From NCBI GenBank assembly GCA_963758715.1, contig CAVWWK010000008.1, forward strand, positions 92,294 to 156,293: DNA of 64,000 nucleotides, read 5' to 3'. The first letter of the stretch is position 1. Each line of letters begins with the position of its first letter. The position numbers and the translations under genes were made by a program. Source of the stretch: an uncultured Actinomycetes bacterium. Lineage in GTDB: Bacteria; Actinomycetota; UBA4738; HRBIN12. Of this stretch, positions 52,980-64,000 are shown in pieces. The notes under the pieces were generated by a model. It saw only the letters and a list, made by a program, of their open reading frames with translations. It searched no databases and was not told the DNA's origin.

Positions 52980-53408
52980 GTGGCCGAACTGCTCGGCACG
53001 CACAGCTACCAGCTCGACCCCAAAGGCAGGGTGTCGTTGCCGGCCAGGTTCCGCGCCGCGTTCGTCGACGGGGTGTGGATCACCGTTGGCCAGGATCGAT
53101 GCCTCTATTGCTTCCCCAGGGCCGAATGGGAGCGTCGTTCCGACGAGGTCGGCGCCTTCCCCCTTTCCGACAACGACGGGCGTGCATATTCGCGCCTGTT
53201 CTTCGGCAGCTCGGAAGAGGTGAAGCTCGACGGCCAAGGGCGCGTGACGATCCCCCAGCGACTGCGCGAGGCCGTCGACATCGACAAGGACGTGGTGGTG
53301 CTCGGCGTCCGGGACCGGATGGAGATCTGGGACCGCGACAACTACGACGCCTACGCCGCCGGATTCGCTGACGCGTACCAGACGGGTGCGCTCGACCCCA
53401 GGAGGTAA
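52980..53408 (+). CDS. mraZ: Division/cell-wall cluster repressor
   Basis: LDPKGRVSLPARFR, LDGQGRVTIP, EIW. Confidence 0.95.
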   Translation: MAELLGTHSYQLDPKGRVSLPARFRAAFVDGVWITVGQDRCLYCFPRAEWERRSDEVGAFPLSDNDGRAYSRLFFGSSEEVKLDGQGRVTIPQRLREAVDIDKDVVVLGVRDRMEIWDRDNYDAYAAGFADAYQTGALDPRR

Positions 53409-53411
53409 GAC

Positions 53412-53540
53412 GTGCCACCACCGCCCGGCCCCACCAAGCTCGGCGCCGAGGTTCGACAGAGCCTCTCGCTGATCGCGATGACCGCCTTGACGCTCCTGGC
53501 CTCGATCGGGCTCGGCATCCTCGCCGGACACATCGGCTGA
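53412..53540 (+). CDS. 42-aa putative single-pass membrane protein, not in ORF track
   Basis: GGAGG 53401-53405, GTG 53412, MPPPPGPTKLGAEVRQSLSLIAMTALTLLASIGLGILAGHIG, TGA 53538-53540. Confidence 0.65.
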   Translation: MPPPPGPTKLGAEVRQSLSLIAMTALTLLASIGLGILAGHIG

Positions 53541-53542
53541 CG

Positions 53543-54422
53543 GTGGATGAACGCCTTCGACGTCGGGACGGGCCGCCCCATGATCCGGTCATGGTGAACG
53601 AGGTGACCGGGTTCCTCCGGGATCCGGGGCACGGTCGTCGACATGACCCTGGGCGCCGGGGGGCACGTCCACGCGCTGTTGGACGCCGGCGTCGGCCGCG
53701 TCGTCGGGATCGACCGCGATCCATCGGCGATCTCGCTGGCTTCCGAGCGACTCGCCTCGTTCGGCGAGCGCTTCCGTGCCGTGGAGACGACGTTCTCCGG
53801 CGTGGACGAGGAGCTCACCGGTGGAGCGGTGGACGGCATCCTGTACGACCTGGGTGTCTCGTCGATGCAGCTCGACGACCCCGAGCGCGGGTTCGGTTAC
53901 CGGGTGGACGGCCCGCTCGACATGCGCATGGGCGGCGACGGTCCCACCGCTGCCGACCTGGTCAACGGCCTCTCCGAGCCCGAGCTCGCGGACCTGATCT
54001 TCGAGTACGGCGGCGAGCATCGTTCGCGTCGGATCGCCCGCGCCATCGTGCGGAAACGACCGATCACGACGACCGATCAGCTCGCCGGCGTGGTCGCGGG
54101 CGCTCTGGGCAAGCGGCCGGGGGGCCCCCACCCCGCGCGTCGCACGTTCCAGGCGCTCCGTATCGCGGTCAACCGGGAGATCGAGGAGCTCGCCGCCTCC
54201 CTGCCTCGGGCGGTCGAGCTGCTCGCTCCCGGTGGCCGCGTGGTCGTGATCGCCTACCACTCCATGGAGGACCGCATCGTCAAGCGCAGCTTCCGCGAGA
54301 TCGAGGCCCTGGCCGTGCTGACGAAGAAGCCGCTCCGGCCGTCCGAGGACGAGGTCGCGAGCAATCGACGGGCGCGCAGCGCCATGCTGCGCGCCGCCGA
54401 ACGCGTGGAGGTGGCGGCGTGA
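53543..54422 (+). CDS. rsmH: 16S rRNA m4C1402 methyltransferase (frameshift near 53625)
   Basis: H.PVM, DMTLGAGGH, DLGVSSMQLD, HPA.RTFQALRI.VN, N.RARSA.LR. Confidence 0.93.
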
Positions 54423-54862
54423 GTCAGCCGGCCCGCCAGCTTCCCGCCCCTCGAGACCCACGGCGAACCCCGTCCCGTCCCTCGCCGGGTCCAGATCGTG
54501 ACGCGCATATCGCGCGCACACCCGCGGCGCGCCCGACCCCCTCCACGCCTCCCCAGCGTCGGGCGCGCCGCGGGCCCCACCCCGCGTTCTGGATCTTCTC
54601 CGCCGTGTTGATCACGGCGCTGACGCTTGGCGTCGTCGTGTTGAACGCGCTCGTGGTCAACACCACCTACCAGCTGCAGGCCGTACAGGAGCAACAGCGA
54701 GCAGCCGCAGAAGCCCGCGGCGACCTCGAGATCGAGGTCGCGCGGCTGTCCTCGCCCTCCCGCATCTCGGGCTGGGCCGCCGAGAACGGCATGGTGCTGC
54801 CCGCGCCCGATGACGTCGTGCCGCTCCAGGTCCGTGGATCCGGTGGCGGAGGCGGGGAGTGA
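54419..54862 (+). CDS. ftsL: FtsL-like cell division protein
   Basis: Basic N-terminus, one TM, coiled coil, LSSPSRI..A...GM; between rsmH and ftsI. Confidence 0.75.
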   Translation: MSQPARQLPAPRDPRRTPSRPSPGPDRDAHIARTPAARPTPSTPPQRRARRGPHPAFWIFSAVLITALTLGVVVLNALVVNTTYQLQAVQEQQRAAAEARGDLEIEVARLSSPSRISGWAAENGMVLPAPDDVVPLQVRGSGGGGGE

Positions 54863-56574
54863 CGCGCACGCCTCCGGTGCATCGCCTCGTGGCGATGTTC
54901 GCCCTCATGGTGTTCGCCCTCGGCGGCGATCGTCGTGCGCCTGGCGTTCCTCCAGGTGCGGGACAACGGCGAGTTCGCCCAGATGGGGCTCCAGCAGCGC
55001 GTGCGGACCATCGATCTTCCCGCACATCGCGGACAGATCCTGGACCGCTTCGGCATGCCGCTTGCCCTGACACGTGAGGCCCGCGACGTCTACGCGAACC
55101 CGGCGCTCGTGACCGACCCCGACGGCGAGGCCGAGGTGATCGCGGAGATCCTGGGGCTGCCGAAGAAGGAGGTGCGCAGCGCGCTCGAGTCCGAGGGGAC
55201 GTTCGTGTTCCTGGACCGGCAGATCGACATGGACCTCGCGGAGGAGCTCGAGGCGCAGCTGCTGCCGGGCATCGGCTTCCTGGACGTCCCGCAGCGCTAC
55301 TACCCGGCCGGCTCGTTGGCGCCGCAGGTGCTGGGGCTGGTGGACGTCGACGGCAAGGGGATCTCGGGGCTCGAGAGTCCAGTATCCAGTCCGAGCTCGC
55401 GGGGACTCCCGGCGAGCGCACGTCCGAGGTCTCCGCCGACGGGCTGCCCATCTCCAGCGGCGTGAACACGCTGACCGAACCGGTCCCCGGCACCACGCTG
55501 GTGACGACGATCGACCGCCAGATGCAGTTCATGGCCCAGACCGCGCTGGAGCGAGCGGTGCGGGCCAACGGCGCGCTGGGCGGCACGGTCGTCGTGATGG
55601 ACCCGCGGACCGGCGACGTGCACGCGATGGCCACGTATCCGGGGTTCGATCCGAACGACTTCGAGAACGCGCCGCAGGACGTGATGCGCAACCGCGCCGT
55701 CACCGACGCGTTCGAGCCCGGCTCGGTCAACAAGATCATCACGGCGGCGGCCGCCCTGGAGACGGGATCGGTGGGCCTGGAACAGCGGTTCCACGTGCCC
55801 TCGTCCATGGAGGTCGGGCCGTTCACGATCTACGACTCGCACGTGCATCCGGTCGAGACGATGACCCTCGGAGACATCATCGCCGAGTCGAGCAACATCG
55901 GCGCGGCCCTGGTCGCCGAGGAGGTCGGCAACGAACGGCTCGCCGGGTTCATGCAACGGTTCGGCTACGGGAAGGAGACCGGGGTGGGGTTCCCCGGGGA
56001 GGCCGAGGGCGCGCTGCTGCCGGCGTCCCAGTGGGACGAGGTGATCCGCGCGACCGTCTCCTACGGAGCGGGCATCGCCGTCACGCCGCTGCAGATGGCG
56101 GGCGTCTACGCGACGATCGCGAACGGCGGCCGGTGGATCCAGCCTCGCCTCGTGCGGGGGTTCGAGGGGCCCGACGGCACGTTCGCCGACGCTCCCGAGC
56201 AGAAGTCGAGGCGGGTCGTGAGCCCCACCACGGCCGACCTGTTGACTCGGATGCTCGCCTACGTCGTGGAGGACGGGACCGGCGGCGAAGCGCAGATCCC
56301 CGGCTACCAGGTGGCGGGCAAGACCGGCACGTCCCGGAAGCTCGACGAGTACGGCAACTACGTCCAGCGGTACATGGCCTCCTTCGTCGGGTTCCTGCCC
56401 GCGTCCGACCCGCGCGTGGTGGTCGCGGTCTCGATCGACGAGCCCCGAACCGTGTACGGCGGGCTGGCCGCTGCACCCCTGTTCCAGGAGGTCGCCAGGT
56501 ACGCCATCCAGCGGCTGTCGATCCCCGCCTCTCCGCCGGTGGCGCTTCCGCCTCACGCCCAGAAACTTCCATGA
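54859..56574 (+). CDS. ftsI: Class B penicillin-binding protein (frameshifts in 5' part)
   Basis: RGQILDR, EPGSVNK (SxxK), SSN, KTG. Confidence 0.92.
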
Positions 56575-58073
56575 TCGTTGCGCCCCCGCGACTCGGGGCG
56601 CGGGTACGCTACGACGCGGTGGTTCCTTCCTTCCCCCTGCTCGTCTCCGACGTCGTTTCGGCGGTTCCAGAGGCCGAACCGCGAGGCGACGCCACCGTCG
56701 GTGACGTCGCGTTCGACTCCCGCGAGGTCGAGCCCGGCGCCCTCTTCTTCTGCGTGCCCGGCGAGGTCGTCGACGGTCACGAGTTCGCGGCCGACGCGGT
56801 CGCCGCCGGTGCCTCGGCCCTGGTCGTGGAGCGCTGGCTCGACCTCGACGTCGCCCAGGTGAAGGTGCCCTCGGTCCGGCTTGCGATGGGCCCCATGGCG
56901 GCACGGGCGTTCGGCGACCCGGCAACGGCGATGACCACGGTGGGGATCACCGGCACGAACGGGAAGACCACGACGACCTATCTGCTCGAGGCCATCTTCC
57001 GCGAGGCGGGGCTCCGACCGGGGATCGTCGGGACCACCGGGGCGCGTGTGGACGGCGAGCCCGTGTCCCTGGCCCGCACGACACCCGAGGCGCCCGACCT
57101 GCACCGTTTGCTCGCCCGGATGCGCGACGCAGGTATCGACGCGGTGGCGATGGAGGTTTCCTCGCACGCGCTGCATCAGCACCGGGTCGGCGGGGTGCTC
57201 TTCGACGCGGTCGCGTTCACGAACCTGTCCCAGGATCACCTGGACTACCACCCCTCGATGGAGACCTATTTCGAGGCGAAGGCGCGGCTGTTCACGCCGG
57301 AGCATGCCCGGGTGGGGTGGGTGAACGCCGACGACGCCTGGGGCCGCCGGTTGCTCTCCGACCCGGCGATCGCGCTCTCGGCCTTCGCGCTGGACGCCGA
57401 CGCCCAGCTGCAGGCAACGGACATCGTGGCAACCGCTGACGGCCTGTCCTTCCGCGTGGGCGATCGCACCGTGCGCTCGACGCTGCGTGGCCGGTTCAAC
57501 GTGTCCAACGCGCTCGCGGCGATCGGGCTCGCGCGAAGCGTGGGCATCGCCGACGAGACGTCGGCCTCCGGCATCGAGGCCGTCGCGGAGGTGCCGGGAA
57601 GGGTGGAGCCGGTCGACGCGGGGCAGGGATTCCTGGTGGTCGTGGACTACGCGCACACGCCCGTTAGCATCCACAGCGTGCTGCAGGCGGCGCGCCCGCT
57701 GACCGCGGGGCGGCTCATCGTCGTGTTCGGTTGCGGGGGTGACCGCGACCGCGCCAAGCGTCCCCTGATGGGGCAGGCCGCCACCGCGAGCGCCGACCTG
57801 TCGATCATCACCAGCGACAATCCACGCTCGGAGGACCCGCTCGAGATCATCGCCGAGATCGTGCCCGGCGCCGGCCGCGGCGGCGGCGAGTTCCGCGTGG
57901 AGCCCGACCGCCGGACGGCGATCCGCGTCGCGGTGGCCGAGGCGGGAGAAGGCGACACCGTGGTGATCGCCGGCAAGGGCCACGAGACCACGCAGGAGCT
58001 CGCGACCGAGACGATCCATTTCGACGATCGCGAGGTGGCGCTCGAAGCGCTCACCGCCAGGGAGCCGGCGTGA
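56571..58073 (+). CDS. murE: UDP-MurNAc-tripeptide synthetase (mDAP type)
   Basis: GITGTNGKTT, MEVSSH, DYAHTP, DNPR; start uncertain. Confidence 0.95.
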   Translation: MIVAPPRLGARVRYDAVVPSFPLLVSDVVSAVPEAEPRGDATVGDVAFDSREVEPGALFFCVPGEVVDGHEFAADAVAAGASALVVERWLDLDVAQVKVPSVRLAMGPMAARAFGDPATAMTTVGITGTNGKTTTTYLLEAIFREAGLRPGIVGTTGARVDGEPVSLARTTPEAPDLHRLLARMRDAGIDAVAMEVSSHALHQHRVGGVLFDAVAFTNLSQDHLDYHPSMETYFEAKARLFTPEHARVGWVNADDAWGRRLLSDPAIALSAFALDADAQLQATDIVATADGLSFRVGDRTVRSTLRGRFNVSNALAAIGLARSVGIADETSASGIEAVAEVPGRVEPVDAGQGFLVVVDYAHTPVSIHSVLQAARPLTAGRLIVVFGCGGDRDRAKRPLMGQAATASADLSIITSDNPRSEDPLEIIAEIVPGAGRGGGEFRVEPDRRTAIRVAVAEAGEGDTVVIAGKGHETTQELATETIHFDDREVALEALTAREPA

Positions 58074-59431
58074 GGCCCCGGCACATGTCAGAGGTCGCTC
58101 GGGCCACCGACGGCCTCCTGATCGGCGAGGACGCCGAGGTGCGTTCGATCGTCACCGACTCGCGGGCGGCGGGCCCGAGCGCGCTGTTCGTCGCGCTGCC
58201 GGGGGAGCACACGGACGGAGGGCTGTTCGTACCGGAGGCGTTCGAGAACGGCGCATCGGGGGCGTTGGCGCGCGACGGCGTGGCGACGCCCGGCCCCACG
58301 GTGTTCGTGCGTTCACCGGGTGACGCGTTCCTGCGGCTCGCCGCCGACGAACGCCGCGGCATGGAGGCGCGGGTCGTCGGGATCACGGGAGCCAACGGCA
58401 AGACCTCGACGAAGGACATGGCCGCGGACGTGTGCGCGTGCCGCTTCCGGACGCACGCGAGCCCTGAGTCGTTCAACAACGAGGTCGGCCTGCCGGTCAC
58501 GTTGCTCGGCGCCAGGCCCGACACCGAGGTGGTCGTGGCCGAGATGGGCGCCCGGCGCAAGGGGGACGTCACGCTCCTGTGCGAGATCGCGCGCCCCGAC
58601 ATCGTGGTCCTGACCAACGTCGGCGTCGCGCACATGGAGATCTTCGGATCGTGGGAAGCGATCGTGGAGGCCTCGGCCGAACCGATCGATGCGGTCGAGC
58701 CCGGCGGGGTCGCCGTGCTGAACGTGGACGATCCGGTCGTGGCCGGCTTCGCAGATCGGTGCAGGGGGAGGGTGGTGACGTTCGGCACCACGCCCACCGC
58801 CGGTGTGCGGGCCGAGGGCGTGGTCCTCGATGGCGACGGGCGGGCGTCGTTCACCGTTGTCCACGGCGGGGAGCGTGCGTCGGTGCGACTCGGGGTTGCG
58901 GGAGAGCACATGGTCTCCAACGCGCTCGCCGCGATGGCGATCGGCATCGAGCTGGGGGTGCCGATCGAGGAAGCGGCGATCGCGCTGGGCGAGGCGCGGG
59001 TCTCCCACTGGCGCATGGAGACCTTCATCACGTCCGAGGGCATCCGTGTCGTCAACGACGCGTACAACGCGAACCCGGAGTCGGTCGCCGCGGCGCTCAA
59101 GACCGCGCGGTGGATGGCGGGCGACGGACAACTGATCGCGGTGCTCGGCGCCATGGCCGAGCTGGGCCCCATCTCCGACGACGAGCATGAGCGGGTCGGA
59201 GAGCTGGCCGCCCGGCTCGGCGTGGATCGCCTCATCACCGTCGGGCAGGCCGCCGCCTCGATCGCCACGGCCGGCATCCGCGAAGGCGTGGAGCCCGGCA
59301 ACGCCGCTGCCTACGACGACTCCGCGGACGCGCTCGCCGACATCCGGGCACACGCGCGCCCCGGGGACCTGGTCGTCTTCAAGGCGTCGCGGGTCGCGGG
59401 CCTCGAGGCCCTGGCGGAGGCGCTCCGGTGA
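58070..59431 (+). CDS. murF: UDP-MurNAc-pentapeptide synthetase
   Basis: GITGANGKT, NNEVG, NDAYNANP, KASR. Confidence 0.95.
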   Translation: MRPRHMSEVARATDGLLIGEDAEVRSIVTDSRAAGPSALFVALPGEHTDGGLFVPEAFENGASGALARDGVATPGPTVFVRSPGDAFLRLAADERRGMEARVVGITGANGKTSTKDMAADVCACRFRTHASPESFNNEVGLPVTLLGARPDTEVVVAEMGARRKGDVTLLCEIARPDIVVLTNVGVAHMEIFGSWEAIVEASAEPIDAVEPGGVAVLNVDDPVVAGFADRCRGRVVTFGTTPTAGVRAEGVVLDGDGRASFTVVHGGERASVRLGVAGEHMVSNALAAMAIGIELGVPIEEAAIALGEARVSHWRMETFITSEGIRVVNDAYNANPESVAAALKTARWMAGDGQLIAVLGAMAELGPISDDEHERVGELAARLGVDRLITVGQAAASIATAGIREGVEPGNAAAYDDSADALADIRAHARPGDLVVFKASRVAGLEALAEALR

Positions 59432-60492
59432 TCCAGATCCTCATCGCGGCGGCCGTCGGCCTGGCGGTCACGCTGCTGGGCACGCCCATCGCGATCCGGG
59501 CCTTCAAGGCGTGGGGCTGGGGTCAGCGGATCCGTGAGGACGGGCCGCACACCCACTTCGAGAAGATGGGCACACCGACCATGGGCGGGATCGTGGTGCT
59601 GGTGGGGCTGATCCTGAGCTACCTCGCGACCCGCATCACCTCCGGCGGCTTCCGGGCAGGCGGACTGGCGTTGGTGCTGGCGGCGCTCGGTTTCGGCATC
59701 GTGGGATTCGCCGACGACTTCATGAAGGTGCGCCGTCGTCGCTCGCTGGGTCTCACGAAGTCCCAGAAGTTCGTGGCCACCGCGGTCGTCTCCGTGGCGT
59801 TCGGCCTGATCGTGAAGGCATACGGCGACTCCACGGGGACCGTGACCAATGTCACCTTCGTCAGGGACACTGGCCTGCGGTTGGGCCTCTTCTTCCTGCT
59901 GTGGTGCTTCCTGGTGCTGACGGCGTCGTCGCACTCGGTGAACCTCACCGACGGGCTGGACGGCCTCGCCGCAGGGTCCAGCACGTTGGTGCTCTCGGCC
60001 TACGTCTTCATCGCCTTCTGGCAGTTCCGTCATCCGTGCGGCGGCGAGGGGGTATCCGACCTCGGGTGCTACGCCGTCGATCAGCTCGCCATGTTGGACG
60101 TCGCCGTCGTCGCCGCGGGCATGATGGGGGCGGTGGTCGGCTTCCTGTGGTGGAACGCCGCACCTGCTCGGATCTTCATGGGGGACACGGGGTCGCTCGC
60201 GATCGGGGGCCTGCTCGGCGCGTTGGCGATCACGACGAACACCGCGTTGCTCCTCGTGATCCTCGGGGGACTCTTCGTGATCGAGACGATGTCGGTGATC
60301 CTGCAGGTCATCTCGTTCCGCGGGTTCGGCCGGCGGATCTTCCGTATGTCGCCGATCCACCACCATTTCGAGCTCGCGGGGTGGCCGGAGTTCACGGTGA
60401 TCGTGCGGTTCTGGATCATCGCGGGGCTCTGCGTGGCCGTGGGCCTCGGCCTGTACTACGCGGACTTCATCGCTCGAGGGGGTCTCGATTGA
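59428..60492 (+). CDS. mraY: Phospho-MurNAc-pentapeptide translocase
   Basis: GTPTMGG, DD, NLTDGLDG, FMGDTG, PIHHHFE. Confidence 0.96.
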   Translation: MIQILIAAAVGLAVTLLGTPIAIRAFKAWGWGQRIREDGPHTHFEKMGTPTMGGIVVLVGLILSYLATRITSGGFRAGGLALVLAALGFGIVGFADDFMKVRRRRSLGLTKSQKFVATAVVSVAFGLIVKAYGDSTGTVTNVTFVRDTGLRLGLFFLLWCFLVLTASSHSVNLTDGLDGLAAGSSTLVLSAYVFIAFWQFRHPCGGEGVSDLGCYAVDQLAMLDVAVVAAGMMGAVVGFLWWNAAPARIFMGDTGSLAIGGLLGALAITTNTALLLVILGGLFVIETMSVILQVISFRGFGRRIFRMSPIHHHFELAGWPEFTVIVRFWIIAGLCVAVGLGLYYADFIARGGLD

Positions 60493-61847
60493 ACGGCCGG
60501 TTCCAGGGCGAACGCGCGGTCGTGGTCGGCGCAGGCGTTGCCGGCATGTCGGCGGCGACCGTCTTGCGGCGCGAGGGCGCCGACGTTCGCGTCACCGACT
60601 CGAGGCCGGCTGCCGAGATCGCGGGTTCTGCCGAGCTGGCGGCGATGGGGATCGCGTTGCTCGACGGCGGCCACGATCCGTCGCACCTGGAAGGCGCGAC
60701 GCTCGTCGTCGCCGGTCCAGGCGTGCAGGAGCACGCGCCGGTCCTGGCGTGGGCCCGCGAGCGTGGGCTGGCCGTGTGGGGCGAGATGGAGCTTGGCGCA
60801 CGGGTCTGCAGCGCTCCCTACCTCGCCGTGACGGGAACGAACGGGAAGACCACGACCACCGGCATGATCGCGTCGTGCCTGCGATCCGGGGGCATGGACG
60901 CCGTCGCGTGCGGCAACATCGGCCGGCCCTTCCCGATGACAGCGTTGGAAGCGCACGACGTGCTCGTCGTCGAGTGCTCCTCCTTCCAGCTGCGGATGCA
61001 GACCTCGTTCCATCCACGGGTCAGCGTCCTGCTGAACCTGGCTCCCGATCACCTCGACTGGCACGGCTCGTTCGACGCCTACGTCGAGGCCAAGGCGGCG
61101 ATCTTCGCGAACCAGACCGAAGGCGACACCCACGTCGGGACGAGGGACGACCCCCACGCGAACGCCGTCTCGTCCCTTGCGCCGTGCGCGATCGTCTGGT
61201 CGACGGTGGCGTCTCCCGATGCCGGTGAGGTCGGGATCGTCGATGGCGAGCTCGTGTCGATGCTCCCGGGGGCGGAGGGTTCGCTGGGGACCGTCGATCC
61301 GGACCGTGCGGGGTATGGGGCGGACGCCGCCGCGGCCGCGGCGGCGTCCCTGCGCTACGGGGTCGGAGCCCAGGCAGTACGCGAGGGCCTGGCCGGCTAC
61401 GCGCCGGAGGCACACCGGGGGGAGGTCGTGGCGACCGTCGACGGGGTTCGGTTCGTGGACAACTCGAAGGCGACGAACGTGCACGCCGCGATCGCCGCGA
61501 TCGATCAGGTTCAGGGCGCGGTGTTGATCGCGGGCGGTCGGGCCAAGGGGCGGATCTGTCCGGGCTGGCGTCGCGAGCAGGGCCGCCTCTCGGCCGTGGT
61601 CGCGATGGGTGAGGCGGCGGCCGACGTCGCGCGTACTTTCGAAGGGCTCGTGCCGGTCGAGCGGGCATCCACGATCGAGGAGGCGGTGCACCGTTCGTTC
61701 GACCGGGCGCGGCCTGCGGGGCACACGGTGCTGCTGGCTCCCGCCTGCGCGAGCTGGGATCAGTTCACGGGATACGCGGAGCGTGGGGATCGTTTCGCTG
61801 CCGCCGCGCGCTCACTCGAGGAGGTGGGCACGCGTGGCAGGTCGTGA
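60489..61847 (+). CDS. murD: UDP-MurNAc-L-Ala:D-Glu ligase
   Basis: VTGTNGKTT, GNIG, SSFQL, DHLDWH, NSKATN, PACASWDQF. Confidence 0.94.
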   Translation: MNGRFQGERAVVVGAGVAGMSAATVLRREGADVRVTDSRPAAEIAGSAELAAMGIALLDGGHDPSHLEGATLVVAGPGVQEHAPVLAWARERGLAVWGEMELGARVCSAPYLAVTGTNGKTTTTGMIASCLRSGGMDAVACGNIGRPFPMTALEAHDVLVVECSSFQLRMQTSFHPRVSVLLNLAPDHLDWHGSFDAYVEAKAAIFANQTEGDTHVGTRDDPHANAVSSLAPCAIVWSTVASPDAGEVGIVDGELVSMLPGAEGSLGTVDPDRAGYGADAAAAAAASLRYGVGAQAVREGLAGYAPEAHRGEVVATVDGVRFVDNSKATNVHAAIAAIDQVQGAVLIAGGRAKGRICPGWRREQGRLSAVVAMGEAAADVARTFEGLVPVERASTIEEAVHRSFDRARPAGHTVLLAPACASWDQFTGYAERGDRFAAAARSLEEVGTRGRS

Positions 61848-63188
61848 GGCCGCCCGCGTCCGGCGGGCGCCCGCCAAGCGCGCCGGCGTGTCGAAACAGG
61901 TCCCCGCCACGCGCGCGAGCCGCCCGAGGCGATCCCCCGCGAAGGCCGCACACCTGCGGCTGATCGCCAGCCGGACGCCCGGGCCCGTCGCGCGGCCGAC
62001 GCCCGCGCCCGCCGCACGGACCTGATGCTGCTGCTGATCCCGTCGGCGGTGCTGACCGTCCTGGGCCTGGTGATGATCCTGTCTGCCGGGTCGATCTCGG
62101 CGGTCGAGGGCTACGGCACCAGCTTCTGGTATTTCAACCGCCAGCTCTTCTACGCGGCGGCAGGCGTCATCGCGTTGCTGATCGCGTGGCGCATGCCGCA
62201 CACCGCGTGGCAGAAGCTGTGTGTGCCGCTGTTGGTCGCGATCCTTCCCCTGATGTTGGTAGCCCTCTACCACTCCGAGGGGGCGTCGCTCTACGGAGCG
62301 TCACGGTGGATCGACCTGGGCCCGCTCACCGTGCAGCCCGCCGAGTTCTTGAAGCTCGTGCTCGTCGCGTTCGCGGCCACGGTGCTCGCCAACAGGTGGC
62401 GCAAGCTCGACGATCCGATGCAGCTGCTCATGCCGCTCGCGCCCGTGGTCGGACTCTTCGCGCTCTTGGTGATCCTGCAGCGAGACCTCGGCACGACGGT
62501 GATCATCTGCGGCTCGGTCTTCGCGCTGCTTTTCGTGGCGGGGGTTCGCATGCGCTACCTGCTGTGGACGGGGGCCATCGGTCTGGCGGCGGTCGCCTAT
62601 CTGGTCTTCGGGGAGGCTTACCGGCGGGCGCGTTTCGTCGACGCCTTCCTGGATCCCTGGAACGACCCGCAGGGGTCGGGGTTCCAGCTGATCCAGGGCC
62701 TGATCGCGCTCGGTTCGGGAGGTTGGACCGGTGTCGGGCTCGGCGCGAGCCGTCAGAAGTGGGACTACCTGCCGAACGCGCACTCTGACTTCATCTTCGC
62801 GATCATCGGCGAAGAGCTCGGGCTCTTGGGGCGCTCTTCGTGCTGGTCATGTTCGGGTTGCTGCTGTTCGCCGGTGTCCGCATCGCGGTGAAGGCGCCCG
62901 ACACCTTCGGGCGGTTCCTGGCCGCGGGCGTGACCGCGTGGATCGGGTTGCAGACGATCGTGAACCTCGGCGCGGTGACCGGCGTGCTGCCGATCACGGG
63001 TGTGCCGTTGCCTTTCTTGTCCTTCGGCGGCACCGCATTGGTCGTGACGCTGGCCGGTATCGGCGTCCTCGCGAGTGTCGCCCGCGCTCCGGCGCGCGCT
63101 AGGTGCGGCAGCGCGCGCCGGCCAGCGCGCGCCAACGTCGAGCAGGCGCGCGCGCGGCCCGGCCGCGGCGAAGAAGGGCTCGCGGTGA
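61834..63188 (+). CDS. ftsW: SEDS peptidoglycan glycosyltransferase (frameshifted)
   Basis: GASRW, QPAEF.K, QRDLG, LPNAHSDFIF..IGEELG, PITGVPLPFLSFGG. Confidence 0.92.
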
Positions 63189-64000
63189 GGGTCGTGATCG
63201 CCGGTGGCGGCACCGCGGGCCACGTGTTCCCCGCCATCGCGTTGGCCGATCGACTCGTGGAGGCGGCGACGACGTCCGGTTCATCGGGTCGTCCACCGGT
63301 CAGGAAGCCGAGCCGTCCCCGCCGCCGGATATCGGTTCCACGCGGTCGAGTCGCGGCCCATGAAGCGGGAGCTGTCGGTGGCCACGGCGACCGCGCCGTT
63401 CGTCGCGCTCGCCTCGGCGCGAACATGCATGCCGGTGGTGCGCGGAGCGGACGTCGTCGTGGGTGTCGGCGGCTACGCGAGCGCCCCGGCCGTCGTCGCC
63501 GCTCGGTGGGCGCGCACGCCGATCGTGCTGCACGAGCAGAACGCGATCCCCAGCGTGTCAACCGCGCGCTCGCTCGCTTCGCCCGTGTGGTCGGCGTCTC
63601 CTTCGAGAGCTCGCGGCGGCCTTCGGGAGCGTGCGCACCGTGGTGACCGGCAACCCGATCCGCGCTCGGGTCGCCGATGTGCAGGCCGATCGTGACGGAC
63701 TGGCCGCGAGCGTGCGCAGAGTTCGAGCTCGACCCCAATCGCCTCACCGTCGGCGTGTTCGGGGGCAGCTTGGGCGCGCTGCATCTCGATCAGGTCGTGG
63801 CGGGTGCGATCGAAAATCTGCAGGACCGAGGGACCTGCAGCTCCTGGTGTCGACCGGCCCCGCCCACCTCGACGATCGTTGCCGCCGACGCGTCCCGGCC
63901 CATGGCGCTGCGGGTCCGGGCCCTCGCGTTCCTCGACCGCATCGAGCTGGGGCTGGCGCTCGCCGACGTCGCCGTGGCGCGGGCGGGGGCCGGAACGATC
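63185..64000 (+). CDS. murG: Lipid II GlcNAc transferase, runs off window (frameshifted)
   Basis: GGGTAGH, GVGGYAS, HEQN, GNP, FGGSLGA, RAGAGT. Confidence 0.92.

Noticed and set aside
62020-62030. TGA near the ftsW start as a second recoding event
   Set aside because: The downstream coding is in another frame and there is no Cys-equivalent site; probably an indel

Overview
High-GC chromosomal window from an actinobacterium (inferred from the mycobacterial-type SOS box, the DUF3040/transglutaminase/DUF58/MoxR block before mraZ, and many leaderless promoters). Many genes, including essential ones, are broken by single-base frameshifts, which I read as long-read errors, so those coordinates are approximate. 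From left to right: (1) a one-carbon/folate locus (about 1.7-17.4 kb) with 5-formyl-THF cyclo-ligase, two tandem GcvT-fold proteins, formiminotransferase, cyclodeaminase, fhs, fdhD, a selenocysteine (in-frame UGA) NAD-type formate dehydrogenase with a split large subunit, and mobA; (2) a sAC-like cyclase-STAND-TPR gene facing away from a secreted PxKF-type protein gene; (3) metabolic genes (arcC, pfkA, ltaE, PASTA kinase, pseudouridine catabolism); (4) an sqdB + DUF2304-GT2 fusion operon, a candidate lipid-carrier sulfoquinovosylation system; (5) a LexA/PafBC-type promoter ahead of a DUF6504-dnaE2-dinB cassette interrupted by an MBL hydrolase gene and an antisense vapBC pair; (6) an McdR-like MerR regulator with a structured leader, the MoxR operon, an HNH gene, and the dcw cluster (mraZ to murG) with an SOS-like box and an unannotated 42-aa membrane ORF. 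No tRNA, rRNA, CRISPR array or transposase was seen.
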